Below are positions 40,001 through 49,014 of a stretch of DNA of 64,000 nucleotides, piece by piece (the first letter of the stretch is position 1; every line of letters starts with the position of its first letter). The notes under the pieces were generated by a model. That model did no database searches, had not been told where the DNA came from, and saw nothing but the letters and a program-made list of their open reading frames with translations. The position numbers and the translations under genes were made by a program. The DNA lies in assembly GCA_024403935.1 (NCBI GenBank), contig JAKSQV010000002.1:22492-86491 (forward strand). The letters run 5' to 3'. The stretch comes from Ruminococcus sp. Its GTDB lineage: Bacteria; Bacillota; Clostridia; Oscillospirales; Ruminococcaceae.

Positions 40001-40488
40001 ACGTTCCTGCTATGGGTACAGACTTCCACACAGCATGGAGAAATACAGACGGCTCACCCAAGCCCGCAGGCTTTGCAGAGACCAACGGCACATACAAGAG
40101 TCTTGGTTACCACATGGCATCAGGCATATCTCAGAACACAGCTCCTGCTGTATATGCTGACGGTCAGTGGACACCTCCCGCAACTACGACTTCCACTACT
40201 ACCACAACCGAAACTACTACAACCGAAACTACTACAACTACAACTTCAGAGACTACTTCTGCACCCATCGGATCACTTATCGGTGATGCAAACCTTGATA
40301 ACAAGGTAAGCGTATCTGATGCCGTAGCTATCCTCCAGTATATAGCCAACAAGGATAAGTACCCTCTCACAGACGTGGCTGTTGACAATGCCGATGTATA
40401 TGCAAGAGGCGATGGTGTTACTGCAAGAGATGCTCTCTCAATACAGAGACTCGATGCAGGAATAATCTCATCACTTCCTGAGGTATAA
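37048..40488 (+). CDS. Cellulosomal bifunctional pectate lyase (PL1 + PL9) with C-terminal dockerin
   Basis: Signal peptide; PL1 IWVHNCDF, DSRHPRIR; Thr/Pro linker; PL9 NADGFAAKL, NSDDGWDLY, DGNGFKLGG; Thr linker; dockerin GDANLDNKVSVSDAV...ADVYARGDGVTARDALSIQ. Confidence 0.88.
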   Translation: MINSLFAKRTAAAAFSAVMAASAATGTLADTLFYTPTNTAMTADAAESSVKVLSAVGYFEGMYATWSSVSGASGYNVYVDGKKSDSMLIRQYSGYMRADAVGLKAGSHTMKIVPIINGNEDGSKAAQTSATATAHKREGFGFKNGTSSGAYNDDGTLKSNATVIYVTNANKDTISVSLPDKKGVNTTLTGVQNIILGLKSNTKVGPVCIRFIGNITDPSVLTKGDLYVDTVTCGLTIEGIGSDTTFNGFGLVLKNTSNCEVRNIGFMNCNSSEGDDCGLQQGNNHIWVHNCDFFYGDAGSDADQKKGDGALDTKKSTYVTHSFNHFWDNGKSNLQGMKDETTSNYITYHHNWYDHSDSRHPRIRTCSVHCYNNYFDGNAKYGVGVTMGASCFVENNYFRNCPNPMLISMQGSDIAGGGKGTFSSEDGGVIKSFGNYMTGQKAYVTYQQNNTEFDAYQASSRNEKVPSNAKAKQGGTTYNNFDTDSNIMYSYSADSAESVPAIVTAGAGRVDGGDFKWQFNNSVDDASSDVNEALKSALVSYKDKITAIGSGFREDNTPPPSTTTTQYQPPQTTTTLTTVTDIQTTTTTSQGGTFTPPASSDRSPFTGDKVIYASPNGGGDGKSVYSPTDALTAIKNVQAGGFIYLLEGTYKYTDTINIEESNAGTQGQYKTIAAFPGAKVKFDFTGQAVSSSARGFVLDGSYWHFYGFTIANAGDNGMLLSGDNNIIEMMIFENNQDTGLQISRLNSSYSSIAQWPSNNLIKNCTARNNCDDATMENADGFAAKLTCGEGNVFDGCISYNNSDDGWDLYAKTETGPTGVVTIKNCIAFRNGFTENGKGYGDCDGNGFKLGGGGVGTRHVITNCLAFENLNCGFTDNNNPLFGEMKDCTAYNNGIGGKGKANYFVYRCAANANIQNVLTYYNTSRVSKTNAAGIKVANDKFKGVVKNSLYYNSKYYYNSGSFNADGTQPKVGNIVTPSDNDFITLNVPAMGTDFHTAWRNTDGSPKPAGFAETNGTYKSLGYHMASGISQNTAPAVYADGQWTPPATTTSTTTTTETTTTETTTTTTSETTSAPIGSLIGDANLDNKVSVSDAVAILQYIANKDKYPLTDVAVDNADVYARGDGVTARDALSIQRLDAGIISSLPEV

Positions 40489-40496
40489 GCGGCAAG

Positions 40497-40712
40497 TCTC
40501 CGCGAAACATGCCAACTCCAAGAATATAATGAGCGGCGAGTCGCCGCTGACAGTTTCGCGGCTTACCGATTCAGAACGGAGACTTCTCTCCGCGTATCAT
40601 GCCAACTCCAAGAATATAATGAGCGGCGAGTCGCCGCTGACGGTTTCGCGGCTTACCGATTCAGAACGGAAACTTCTCTCCGCGTATCATGCCAACTCCA
40701 AGAATATAATGA
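40497..40712. repeat. 90-bp tandem repeat, about 2.4 copies, with internal palindrome
   Basis: CATGCCAACTCCAAGAATATAATGA recurs at 40508, 40598 and 40688; the two full units differ at 2 positions. Confidence 0.92.
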
Positions 40713-40715
40713 TAT

Positions 40716-40752
40716 AAGAAAAGGGGAACTCTTCGGAGTTCCCCTTTTCTTT
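40716..40752. terminator. Bidirectional intrinsic terminator
   Basis: aagaaaaggggaactc-ttcg-gagttccccttttctt. Confidence 0.9.
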
Positions 40753-40757
40753 ATGTA

Positions 40758-41942
40758 TTACTGAAGTGCAGCTTTAAGTGCATCAATTCTGTCTGTCTTT
40801 TCCCACGCAACGCCAAGGTCCTCACGTCCCATGTGACCATACGCTGCAAGCTGTCTGTACTGAGGCTTCCTGAGACCGAGCATTTTGATTATTGCCGCAG
40901 GTCTGAGGTCAAACACCTTTGATACAGCCTCTGAGAGCTTATCCTCATCGACCTTGCCTGTACCAAATGTATCAACAAGTATCGAAATGGGCTGTGCTAC
41001 ACCGATAGCATAGGAGAGCTGTACCTCACACTTGTCGGCAAGTCCTGCTGCAACGATATTCTTTGCAATATATCTTGCAGCATAAGCAGCACTGCGGTCA
41101 ACCTTCGTCGGATCCTTACCGCTGAATGCACCGCCGCCGTGACGTGAATATCCGCCATAGGTATCAACGATGATCTTTCTTCCCGTAAGACCGCTGTCGC
41201 CCTGAGGTCCACCAACAACGATACGTCCTGTGGGATTGATGTATATCTTTGTATTCTCGTCCATAAGCTCTGCCGGTATCACCTCGCGGATAACAACATC
41301 CTCAATGTCACGTCTTATCTGCTCAAGCGATACATCAGCCGAATGCTGCGAGGATACTACAACAGCATCCACACGAACAGGTTTGCCGTTGTCATACTCG
41401 ACAGTGACCTGTGACTTGCCGTCAGGACGGAGATAGCGAAGTGTGCCGTCCTTTCTCACCTCAGTGAGACGGAGAACGAGCTTATGTGCAAGAGAAATAG
41501 GCAGCGGCATAAGCTCGGGAGTTTCATTGCATGCATAACCGAACATTATACCCTGATCGCCTGCACCATTGGAAAGTCCGTCACTGTCGCTGTTCTGCTC
41601 ACGGTACTCAAACGCCTCATCTACGCCCATAGCGATGTCGGGAGACTGTTCATCGATAGAAGTGAGCACCGAGCAGGTATGTGCATCAAAGCCGTACTTT
41701 GCTCTGTCATATCCGATATCTGTGATGACCTGACGTACTATTGCAGGTATGTCAACTCTTGCCTTTGTGGATATCTCACCCATGCAGAGCACCATACCCG
41801 TAGTGACAACAGTCTCGCACGCAACACGTGAGTTTTCGTCCTGCTCAAGCATTGCATCGAGGACAGCGTCAGAGATCTGGTCGCATATTTTGTCAGGATG
41901 TCCCTCTGTGACCGATTCGGAAGTGAAAAAAAACTTACTCAT
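40758..41942 (-). CDS. metK: S-adenosylmethionine synthetase
   Basis: [35 protein letters not shown]. Confidence 0.98.
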   Translation of the reverse strand: MSKFFFTSESVTEGHPDKICDQISDAVLDAMLEQDENSRVACETVVTTGMVLCMGEISTKARVDIPAIVRQVITDIGYDRAKYGFDAHTCSVLTSIDEQSPDIAMGVDEAFEYREQNSDSDGLSNGAGDQGIMFGYACNETPELMPLPISLAHKLVLRLTEVRKDGTLRYLRPDGKSQVTVEYDNGKPVRVDAVVVSSQHSADVSLEQIRRDIEDVVIREVIPAELMDENTKIYINPTGRIVVGGPQGDSGLTGRKIIVDTYGGYSRHGGGAFSGKDPTKVDRSAAYAARYIAKNIVAAGLADKCEVQLSYAIGVAQPISILVDTFGTGKVDEDKLSEAVSKVFDLRPAAIIKMLGLRKPQYRQLAAYGHMGREDLGVAWEKTDRIDALKAALQ

Positions 41943-41980
41943 ATTTATACCTCCAAAAAAACTTCCTTATCAGAGTACAA

Positions 41981-42125
41981 TGAAAAAGCGCGTCCCAAAA
42001 AGACGCGCATTCTGAACCTTGTTCATGCTCCTCATCTTTCGGTATACACCGCAGGATTTAGCACCTTGAATATCAGGTTGCCGGGCTTCACAGGACCTGT
42101 TTCCTCCGCCGCTCTTGATAAGGTA
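41981..42125 (-). ncRNA. SAM-I (S-box) riboswitch with terminator
   Basis: CTTATCAAGAG...CCTGTGAAGCCCGGCAACC...GGTGCTAAATCCTGC...GAAAGATGAG, then gcgcgtc/gacgcgc-TTTTT terminator upstream of metK. Confidence 0.95.
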
Positions 42126-42217
42126 TGCATATATTATACTACACCGACAGGATTTTGTCAATACCTATCGAAAAAAGAAGACTCAGATAGTTAACGACCG
42201 CAAACACCAATTTCATC

Positions 42218-43000
42218 TCAGTTCTTTTTTCTGTAGCCTGTCGGAGTTTCACCGACTATTCTCTTGAACTGCCGCATGAAATGCTCCTCGTTGTCATATC
42301 CGCACATAGCCGCGACCTGAGAAACCGTACAGGAAGTCTCACTGAGGATCTCCTTAGCCTTTTCTATCTTGCCGTTGATGACATCGGTCATACATGACAC
42401 ACCGAACACCTCACGGTAGACGTGCTGAAAGTACGATCTTGACATACTCACATCCGCCGCCATAAGGTCAACGTTCCATTTCTTCTGTGGATTCCTGTAA
42501 ATTTTCTCACGCAGCTCTACAAGGAGATTGTAATGCGGCTCGACAGTTGAAGACTGGCATATTTCTCGCGGACGGCACTGCTCGTCCGCCTTGAAAAGCA
42601 GTGTTTTCAGCATTACATCTGTAATTTTCAGCCTGTGACTGTTCATTGAGTAAAACTCGGATGTGATGTTCCGCATAAGCTCGTCAATAAAGTCAGTATC
42701 AGCAAAACGCAGCGGCAGATTGAAGATCAGCTCAAGCGACTCAAAGAACTCACTGTCACCTTCCGCGTCAAAAACCAGCCAGTTACAGACAAGGCTGCTG
42801 TCGGCTGCGGCATAATCGACCTCACAGCTCCCGTCATAGATAATGAGCGTATTTTCAGGAAGAACAGCTTTTCTGCCGTCAAATCCGAAGCAGATCCTGC
42901 TCTTGGCAAGCACAATAAGAAACACTCCTGCTTCTGTGCCGCGGTGGAAACTGTAACCGCTGTCATATACCGAGCCGTAGCCCGATGCGCGAATGTTCAC
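42218..43000 (-). CDS. AraC family transcriptional regulator
   Basis: C-terminal double HTH MSRSYFQHVYREVFG...VAAMCGYDNEEHFMRQFKRIVGETPTGYRK; GTG start overlaps upstream stop. Confidence 0.9.
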   Translation of the reverse strand: MNIRASGYGSVYDSGYSFHRGTEAGVFLIVLAKSRICFGFDGRKAVLPENTLIIYDGSCEVDYAAADSSLVCNWLVFDAEGDSEFFESLELIFNLPLRFADTDFIDELMRNITSEFYSMNSHRLKITDVMLKTLLFKADEQCRPREICQSSTVEPHYNLLVELREKIYRNPQKKWNVDLMAADVSMSRSYFQHVYREVFGVSCMTDVINGKIEKAKEILSETSCTVSQVAAMCGYDNEEHFMRQFKRIVGETPTGYRKKN

Positions 43001-43518
43001 CTGCCGTTCCCTCCTTCTGCAATAAACCGCCATTCTATGCTTTTCCAGTGATCTCCTGCGTAGTCTATCCCTACACGCGGAGCCGTTTTTATTTTCGGAC
43101 GGTAGCCATCGTCCTCTATCCAGATACGTTCATTGCACGAAACAGGCTCTCCGTTGAAGCTTCCGTCAATCTGCATGAACTTTGTCAGCTTTGCAGGACC
43201 GTCATGTATCTCGCCTGCCCTTATCAGAACTCCCTGCGGCTGACCGTCCTCTCCGGTTATCACGTTCATGAGCCAGTGCATCCCATAGCAGAGATAGACA
43301 TATATCCTGCCGCTTTTTCCGTAAAGCAGCTCTGTCCGCGGAGTTCTTCCCTTTGAGGCATGGCAGCCCTTGTCCTCCTCACCGCGGTAAGCCTCTGTCT
43401 CGGCTATCCGCTCACGAAGCTCACTGCCGTCAGACAGCCTGCGTACAAGCACCTTTCCCACAAGGTCAGGAGCGACATCAAGCACATCCCTTTCAAAAAA
43501 ATCGTCTGTCAGCTTCAT
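42997..43518 (-). CDS. DNA-3-methyladenine glycosylase (MPG family)
   Basis: IAETEAYRG, IYVYLCYGMHWLMN, GPAKLT, PRVGID. Confidence 0.92.
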   Translation of the reverse strand: MKLTDDFFERDVLDVAPDLVGKVLVRRLSDGSELRERIAETEAYRGEEDKGCHASKGRTPRTELLYGKSGRIYVYLCYGMHWLMNVITGEDGQPQGVLIRAGEIHDGPAKLTKFMQIDGSFNGEPVSCNERIWIEDDGYRPKIKTAPRVGIDYAGDHWKSIEWRFIAEGGNGR

Positions 43519-45266
43519 ACTCTCATACTCTGTTCAAGCTCGGTATCGGGCTTGACGAAGGCGGTTTTGTAATTTGTAAATATGACCTTGCCGGGCTTTG
43601 CTCCCGAAGGCTTTTTCACATAACGTGCAAGGCAGTAGTCCACAGGAACAAGCGTGGAATTGCGTCCCTTACTGTTTACAGCCGCAATGACAGCCGCCTC
43701 CTCGATAGTCTTGTCAGGCGGAGTCTCGCCGCCAGTAACAATGATAACGTGAGAACCTGTAATAGTCTGTGTATGGAGCCATATATCGGTCTTTTCGGCA
43801 AATCTGAGTGTAAGCTGGTCATTCTGGCAGTTATTCCTGCCGACAAGAATAGTGTACCCGTCCGACGACCTGTACTCTATCGGAGGAAGTGCCTTCGGAG
43901 GCTTGCCCTTGCTTCCGCCCGAACGGATATAGCCCTGTCCGATAAGCTCAAGCCTGAGCTGTACTATGTCATTCTCGGACTCTGCTCGCGTCAGCGCATC
44001 GAATACGCTGTCAAGGTACTGAAGCTCCTCATTTCCCTTTTCGATCTGTCCGGCAAGCTTCTCCTCAGCCGTCACGCACTTCTTGTATTCCGCGTAGAAA
44101 CGCTGAGCATTCTGTGCGGGAGTTTTGCGGACATCGAGCTCTATCCTGACAGTCGGAGAGCCCTCCTCATAGAAATTCTCGACCTCAGCAGAACTGTCGC
44201 CCTTCTGTATGCGATAGATATTCGCTGAGACAAGGTCGCCCCACAGCTTGAAGCTGTCCTTGTCGGCACAGGCTGCAAGCTCCTGCTGCTGTACGGAAAT
44301 GCGGCGCGTGATGCGCTCAATGAGGTTCACAATGAGCTTGAACAGGTCGTTGGCACGCTGCTTGGTACGTGCAGCACGGTCACGCTCGTAATAGAAATAA
44401 TCGAGAAGCTCTGATGCGGAGGCAAGCTCCTTTGTCAGCATGAGCGTGCCATACTGATTGAGCCGTATGAACGAAAAGTCCTTGAGCATGCCATCCTTAT
44501 CAGCAGCAGCGCAGAAGCAACATTCGCCGTCGGTAAGCTGTCCGCGTGTACGTTTTATAGCAAAGAGCAGGCGATCAAGGCAGTCTCCCTCCACAGTGTC
44601 GCTGCGGAGCTCGGCTCCCCTGCCGGCAAAGAAAGTCCACTCACGCGCAAGAACGGGTGAAATACCCTCAAATACGCGGATAAGTGCCTTTGAAAGCTCT
44701 GCCGGCTGAACTTCACGCAGCCTTGCAGTGATCTCATCCGGCTCGGCTGTAAGGAAATTCAGCCTGTCGTCACGCGGCGGAAGTGTATACCTCATTCCCG
44801 GGAGCACCATACGTTCACGCGACATATCCTCATCAACACGCTTGATGCTGTCGATGACCCTGCCCTCGTGGTCGATGACGATAAGATTTGAGCACCTGCC
44901 CATTATTTCGCAGGCAAGAGTAACTGTCACGACATCGCCGAGCTCGTTCACGCACTCGAAATCGAGAAAGAGAATTCGTTCAAGTCCATCCTGCCGCACA
45001 GCAAGGAGCTTTCCGCTTCCGAGACGCTTTCGCAGAAGCATACAGAACATAGGCGGCGTTTGCGGATTATCGACCGATTTCTCGGTGACGTGTACCCTCG
45101 CACTTCCGGCATTTGCCGATATATAAAGCTTTCTGCTGCCATCGCGTGTGCGTATGGAGATGATGACCTCCTCGCGTGAGGGCTGGTGTATCTTCTCGAT
45201 ACGACCGCCGACAAGCGGCTGAAGCTCATTTTTTACTGCGTACAGAAATGCTCCGTCCAGAGCCAT
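43515..45266 (-). CDS. rqcH: NFACT / RqcH (FbpA/PavA-like) ribosome quality-control protein
   Basis: MALDG, PPMFCMLLRKRL, EIMGRCSNLI, VGRNNCQND, VPVDY. Confidence 0.92.
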   Translation of the reverse strand: MALDGAFLYAVKNELQPLVGGRIEKIHQPSREEVIISIRTRDGSRKLYISANAGSARVHVTEKSVDNPQTPPMFCMLLRKRLGSGKLLAVRQDGLERILFLDFECVNELGDVVTVTLACEIMGRCSNLIVIDHEGRVIDSIKRVDEDMSRERMVLPGMRYTLPPRDDRLNFLTAEPDEITARLREVQPAELSKALIRVFEGISPVLAREWTFFAGRGAELRSDTVEGDCLDRLLFAIKRTRGQLTDGECCFCAAADKDGMLKDFSFIRLNQYGTLMLTKELASASELLDYFYYERDRAARTKQRANDLFKLIVNLIERITRRISVQQQELAACADKDSFKLWGDLVSANIYRIQKGDSSAEVENFYEEGSPTVRIELDVRKTPAQNAQRFYAEYKKCVTAEEKLAGQIEKGNEELQYLDSVFDALTRAESENDIVQLRLELIGQGYIRSGGSKGKPPKALPPIEYRSSDGYTILVGRNNCQNDQLTLRFAEKTDIWLHTQTITGSHVIIVTGGETPPDKTIEEAAVIAAVNSKGRNSTLVPVDYCLARYVKKPSGAKPGKVIFTNYKTAFVKPDTELEQSMRV

Positions 45267-45278
45267 AGTATCAATCCT

Positions 45279-46181
45279 TTACATTAAGTTTTTGCCGATA
45301 TAGTCCAACAGCGGCTTCCGCACAATGAGACTGCGGTTGTCACGAAACCACAGATATGACTCACGCAAGCCTGTATCGAACTGCGTGACCTGCGGCATAA
45401 GCCTGCTCATCTCCGCTACGTCGAGAACATACTCATAATCGTAGAACGGAAAGTAACTGCGCTGCGGCACCTCTGCTCCCACAAAACGCAGCTCAGGCTC
45501 TTTGCCGAGAACGCCGTAGCAGAGGCGCACCCACTCCTCAATGCTGACAGTATCGGGATTTCCGACATTTAAGATGTGCTGCTCCGGCTTATGCTCAAGG
45601 ATAAGCTCCATAAAGCGGCACAAATCGGTGATGTTGAAGAACTGGAGCCGCATACGTCCGTCCTTCGGCACAAAGAACGGTCTGCCTTCCTCCGCGCATT
45701 CTAAGACAAACGCTTCGCGGTAGAGATTGTTCATCGCGCCGTAAAGATACGGCGGCCGCAGTATATAGGCATTCTCAACATTGCTGCCAAGCCATTTCTC
45801 AGCGGCAAGCTTGTCTGTCCCGTATGTCCCCCATATCGAATTTGCTCCGCACTCCATATCCTCGCAGAACGGCTGAGGCAGAGTCTCGGGGTAGACCGCG
45901 CTTGAGCTGATGAAAACGTAGCTTCCGAAGTCCCCGAGGGCTTCGTTCAGCGTGCGTACATCATTTTCATTGTATGAGGTCACGTCGAGCACGGCGTCGA
46001 AGCTGTGCTTTTTCAGCGTGTCTCCGAGTGAATACCTGTCTGCACAGATATGCCTGACATTCGGGGACTGCGGCTTGCTTCCGCGGTTAAGCACCCAGAC
46101 CTCGTGACCTTTCTTAGCAAAGTATTCGGCAGTATATCTGCTTGCAAAAACAGTACCGCCTGTGACCAGAATCTTCATCAT
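45279..46181 (-). CDS. NAD-dependent epimerase/dehydratase family protein
   Basis: ILVTGGTVFAS, FISSSAVY, YGTDK, ILRPPYLYG. Confidence 0.85.
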   Translation of the reverse strand: MMKILVTGGTVFASRYTAEYFAKKGHEVWVLNRGSKPQSPNVRHICADRYSLGDTLKKHSFDAVLDVTSYNENDVRTLNEALGDFGSYVFISSSAVYPETLPQPFCEDMECGANSIWGTYGTDKLAAEKWLGSNVENAYILRPPYLYGAMNNLYREAFVLECAEEGRPFFVPKDGRMRLQFFNITDLCRFMELILEHKPEQHILNVGNPDTVSIEEWVRLCYGVLGKEPELRFVGAEVPQRSYFPFYDYEYVLDVAEMSRLMPQVTQFDTGLRESYLWFRDNRSLIVRKPLLDYIGKNLM

Positions 46182-46188
46182 AAGCTTA

Positions 46189-47010
46189 TCATTTCCTGCG
46201 ATATGTCAGGACTTCAAAATCCGCTTGAGTTGTCAGCGTTTCAAGCGACTCCAGACGTTCCTGTTCAGTCCTGCCTGTTTTGTAGTAATACGGTGTCATA
46301 GAAAAAAGGCTGCGGATATCTTCCTTCTCGGTAAGCTCCATTGTAAAGCTCACGCGTCGCACGCCTATATGCTTGAAACCGTCCAGCTCATAGGGCTTTA
46401 CCTCGTTTTTATACGGAGTATCATATATTGCCTTTTTCAGCTCCCAGAGGTGATTTTCAGACGGGATAGCCATTATCATGATGCCGTCTTCTTTCAACAC
46501 GCGGGTATACTCTCCGCCGCAGTAGGGCGCGAACATCGTAACGAGCAGGTCGCAGCTCCTGTCCGCAACAGGAAGATGAAACACGCTTGCAGCCGCAAAA
46601 CTGACTGATCTGTCGCGCTTTGCAGCATATTCGACAGCCACCTTTGAGATGTCGATACCGAACATCTTCACCGCAATATCCGACCTGTCAAAAGCTGCTT
46701 TCATGCTTGAGGTATAGTAGCCCTCACCGCAGCCAGCGTCAAGAACGGCGCTCCAGTTTTCCGCATATTTCAGTGCTTCATCGCAAACGGCACTGCACAG
46801 CGGCAAATAACAGCCTTTATCAAGGAAGTCACGGCGAGCCTTCACCATAAGCTTATTGTCACCGTGAACTGCTTTTCCAATATGCTTCGAGAGAAGCAGA
46901 TTAACATAGCCGCTCCGTGCAATATCGAAGCTGTGGCTCTTTGAGCAGATATAACTTTTCCCTGTATTTTCAAGCATTGCGCCGCAAACAGGGCATACAA
47001 ACACACTCAT
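46189..47010 (-). CDS. rlmA: RlmA-type 23S rRNA m1G methyltransferase
   Basis: CPVC...C..SHSFD zinc finger, GYVNLL, LDAGCGEGYY, MTPYYY. Confidence 0.85.
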   Translation of the reverse strand: MSVFVCPVCGAMLENTGKSYICSKSHSFDIARSGYVNLLLSKHIGKAVHGDNKLMVKARRDFLDKGCYLPLCSAVCDEALKYAENWSAVLDAGCGEGYYTSSMKAAFDRSDIAVKMFGIDISKVAVEYAAKRDRSVSFAAASVFHLPVADRSCDLLVTMFAPYCGGEYTRVLKEDGIMIMAIPSENHLWELKKAIYDTPYKNEVKPYELDGFKHIGVRRVSFTMELTEKEDIRSLFSMTPYYYKTGRTEQERLESLETLTTQADFEVLTYRRK

Positions 47011-47019
47011 CTTCTCACC

Positions 47020-48459
47020 TCAGAGATACTCACACGGATCAACGGAGCTCTCCGCTGTTTCAATGTCAAGCTGTGGGAATCTCTCCTCAAGAACACGTCG
47101 GAATTCCCATATCATCGGGTTTTCCGTATGGAAATGGCCGCATTCGAATACAGACACTCCATAGTCCTCAGCCGAAAGCCATGCATCGTGCTTGATTTCA
47201 CCTGTAACATAGGTGTCGCAGCCCTTTTCTGCCACATCGGCAAGGAATGAACCGCCTGCACCTGTACAGAAGGCAACCTTTTTCACTGTCCCGGCTCCTG
47301 CTGAAACACGGATATGCTTACAGCCAAAAAAGCTTTTCAGAACTTCAGCAAATTCTGCCGCCGAAACACTCTCTGCCAGATCACATACATAGCCGCATTC
47401 TTCGGAGTTGATATACTCAGGCTCACCATCAAAACCGAACCTGCTTCTCAGCTCTCTGAGGATAAGTCCGTTGGTGCCTGACGGCGACTTGTCAACATTG
47501 GTGTGCAGACAGATCGCGGAGATATTGTTCCTGATGAGTTGGTACACAGGCATTTCACTGCTGACGGAACTGAGCGGAGAAAAAATAACAGGGTGGTGTG
47601 AAACCATGAGATCAGCGGATTTTATTGCGGCTTCCCTGACAGCACGCTTGTCGATGTCAAGAGTGACAAGCACTTTGCGGCAGTCACCTCCCGCATTAAC
47701 AAGGAGTCCCGAATTGTCCCATTTTTCCTGAATGCCGAACGGATACAAGCTGTTAAGGCAGGTGCATATCTCATCCAGCGGAACACTTCCTGCCCCGTTT
47801 TCGAGCTTATATGCAAGAGCATGATAGTGTACTGCCTCGCCCTGCCTGCCCGACTTCATCAAAGCAGCACTCACCTTCTCCATCTGTGAGGCTTCGTGGG
47901 AACGGTATCTCCTGCCCATTTCGTCATCATCGGCAAAGAAGCCGTATCTCGCCTCAAATTCGGTAAGGCAGCGTGTTTCACCGCTGACCACAGCGCGCAT
48001 AACTACATATATCTTGTCTCCGTCTTCAACAGCACACTCCTCGGTTATCTTCAAACCGAGCTCATAAACAGCCCTGCGAAGATACTCAGGCTTAGTCATC
48101 GGCTGGAGCACCCAGCTCAGACCTGCGGAACATCTGCCTGATTCCAGAGCATTGCTGATAATTGCTGCAATGGTCTCGCCTCCCATACCTGCAATTACAA
48201 CGTCACTGACACCGTCGAGCGGAACGCTGGCAAGTCCGTCGGACAATACAAGCTCCACCTTATCAGCCACACCAAGCCTCTCGACAGTTCGGCGGGCGGA
48301 ATCAAGCGGTCCCTCCTTGATGTCAGAGGCAATTACCCGTCTGCACTTCTCTGACCGTATCAACTCTGCCGCAAGAAGCGCGTGGTCAGTGCCTACATCG
48401 CACACTATCCCCTCGCCGCCTACAAGGTCAAAGCACGTCTGCAATCTGGTATCGAGCAT
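47020..48459 (-). CDS. Fusion of tRNA m1A22 methyltransferase TrmK and Nif3-like (YqfO) protein
   Basis: N-half DVGTDHA, SDGL, IAGMGG, LQPM; C-half WDNSGL, SHHPVIF, HTNVD, TGEIKH, GHFHTE. Confidence 0.85.
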   Translation of the reverse strand: MLDTRLQTCFDLVGGEGIVCDVGTDHALLAAELIRSEKCRRVIASDIKEGPLDSARRTVERLGVADKVELVLSDGLASVPLDGVSDVVIAGMGGETIAAIISNALESGRCSAGLSWVLQPMTKPEYLRRAVYELGLKITEECAVEDGDKIYVVMRAVVSGETRCLTEFEARYGFFADDDEMGRRYRSHEASQMEKVSAALMKSGRQGEAVHYHALAYKLENGAGSVPLDEICTCLNSLYPFGIQEKWDNSGLLVNAGGDCRKVLVTLDIDKRAVREAAIKSADLMVSHHPVIFSPLSSVSSEMPVYQLIRNNISAICLHTNVDKSPSGTNGLILRELRSRFGFDGEPEYINSEECGYVCDLAESVSAAEFAEVLKSFFGCKHIRVSAGAGTVKKVAFCTGAGGSFLADVAEKGCDTYVTGEIKHDAWLSAEDYGVSVFECGHFHTENPMIWEFRRVLEERFPQLDIETAESSVDPCEYL

Positions 48460-48612
48460 AGAAAAACCTCCGCTAATCAAAAAATCAGGCAAGTACAGTT
48501 CAGGGTATCCGAAAGCTCCAGAACAAAGAAAAGCTCCCGGACCGTCCGAACGATACCTGCCACAAAAATTTCGGCGTGCCGAAGCCCGACACGCCGCGCT
48601 TGAACTATTAAA

Positions 48613-48891
48613 TTACTCCTCTGAATTGAGCTTTGCAAAGCAATCGCTGCAATATACAGGTCTGCCGTCCTTGGGCTCGAAAGGCACCTTAGCCTCTCCG
48701 CCGCAGGTTGCGCAAACACCTGTGTACATAACGCGCTCTGCTCTGCCTGCATTCTTTCTTGCATCGCGGCAAGCCTTGCAGCGCTGGGGCTCATGTGTGA
48801 GACCTTTTTCTGCGTAAAATTCCTGTTCGCCTGCTGTGAATACGAACTCGTTTCCACAATCCTTGCAGACTAATGTCTTGTCTTCGTACAT
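48613..48891 (-). CDS. Zinc-ribbon CxxC-x17-CxxC domain protein
   Basis: CKDC...FTAGEQEFY...RCKAC; CATC...VPFEP...PVYCSDC. Confidence 0.9.
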   Translation of the reverse strand: MYEDKTLVCKDCGNEFVFTAGEQEFYAEKGLTHEPQRCKACRDARKNAGRAERVMYTGVCATCGGEAKVPFEPKDGRPVYCSDCFAKLNSEE

Positions 48892-49014
48892 TTTTTATAC
48901 CTCGCTTATAATATTTGGACCACGAGTCGGGCTCACACCGACACCTTTGATAAACAACGCTCTTGAATTAAGCTACCCGGCCATATTCTGGTCTGCTATA
49001 CAGCAGTACACACT

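Noticed and set aside
40497-40712. CRISPR array or 62-aa repeat protein (ORF 40529-40717)
   Set aside because: Inter-repeat segments are near-identical rather than unique spacers, there are no cas genes, and the ORF has no RBS and follows simply from the 90-nt period.
43353-44228. Long antisense ORFs (e.g. 43353-44228, 54569-55375, 36077-36802, 10633-11295, 7897-8547)
   Set aside because: They shadow well-supported genes on the opposite strand and show no motifs or RBS.
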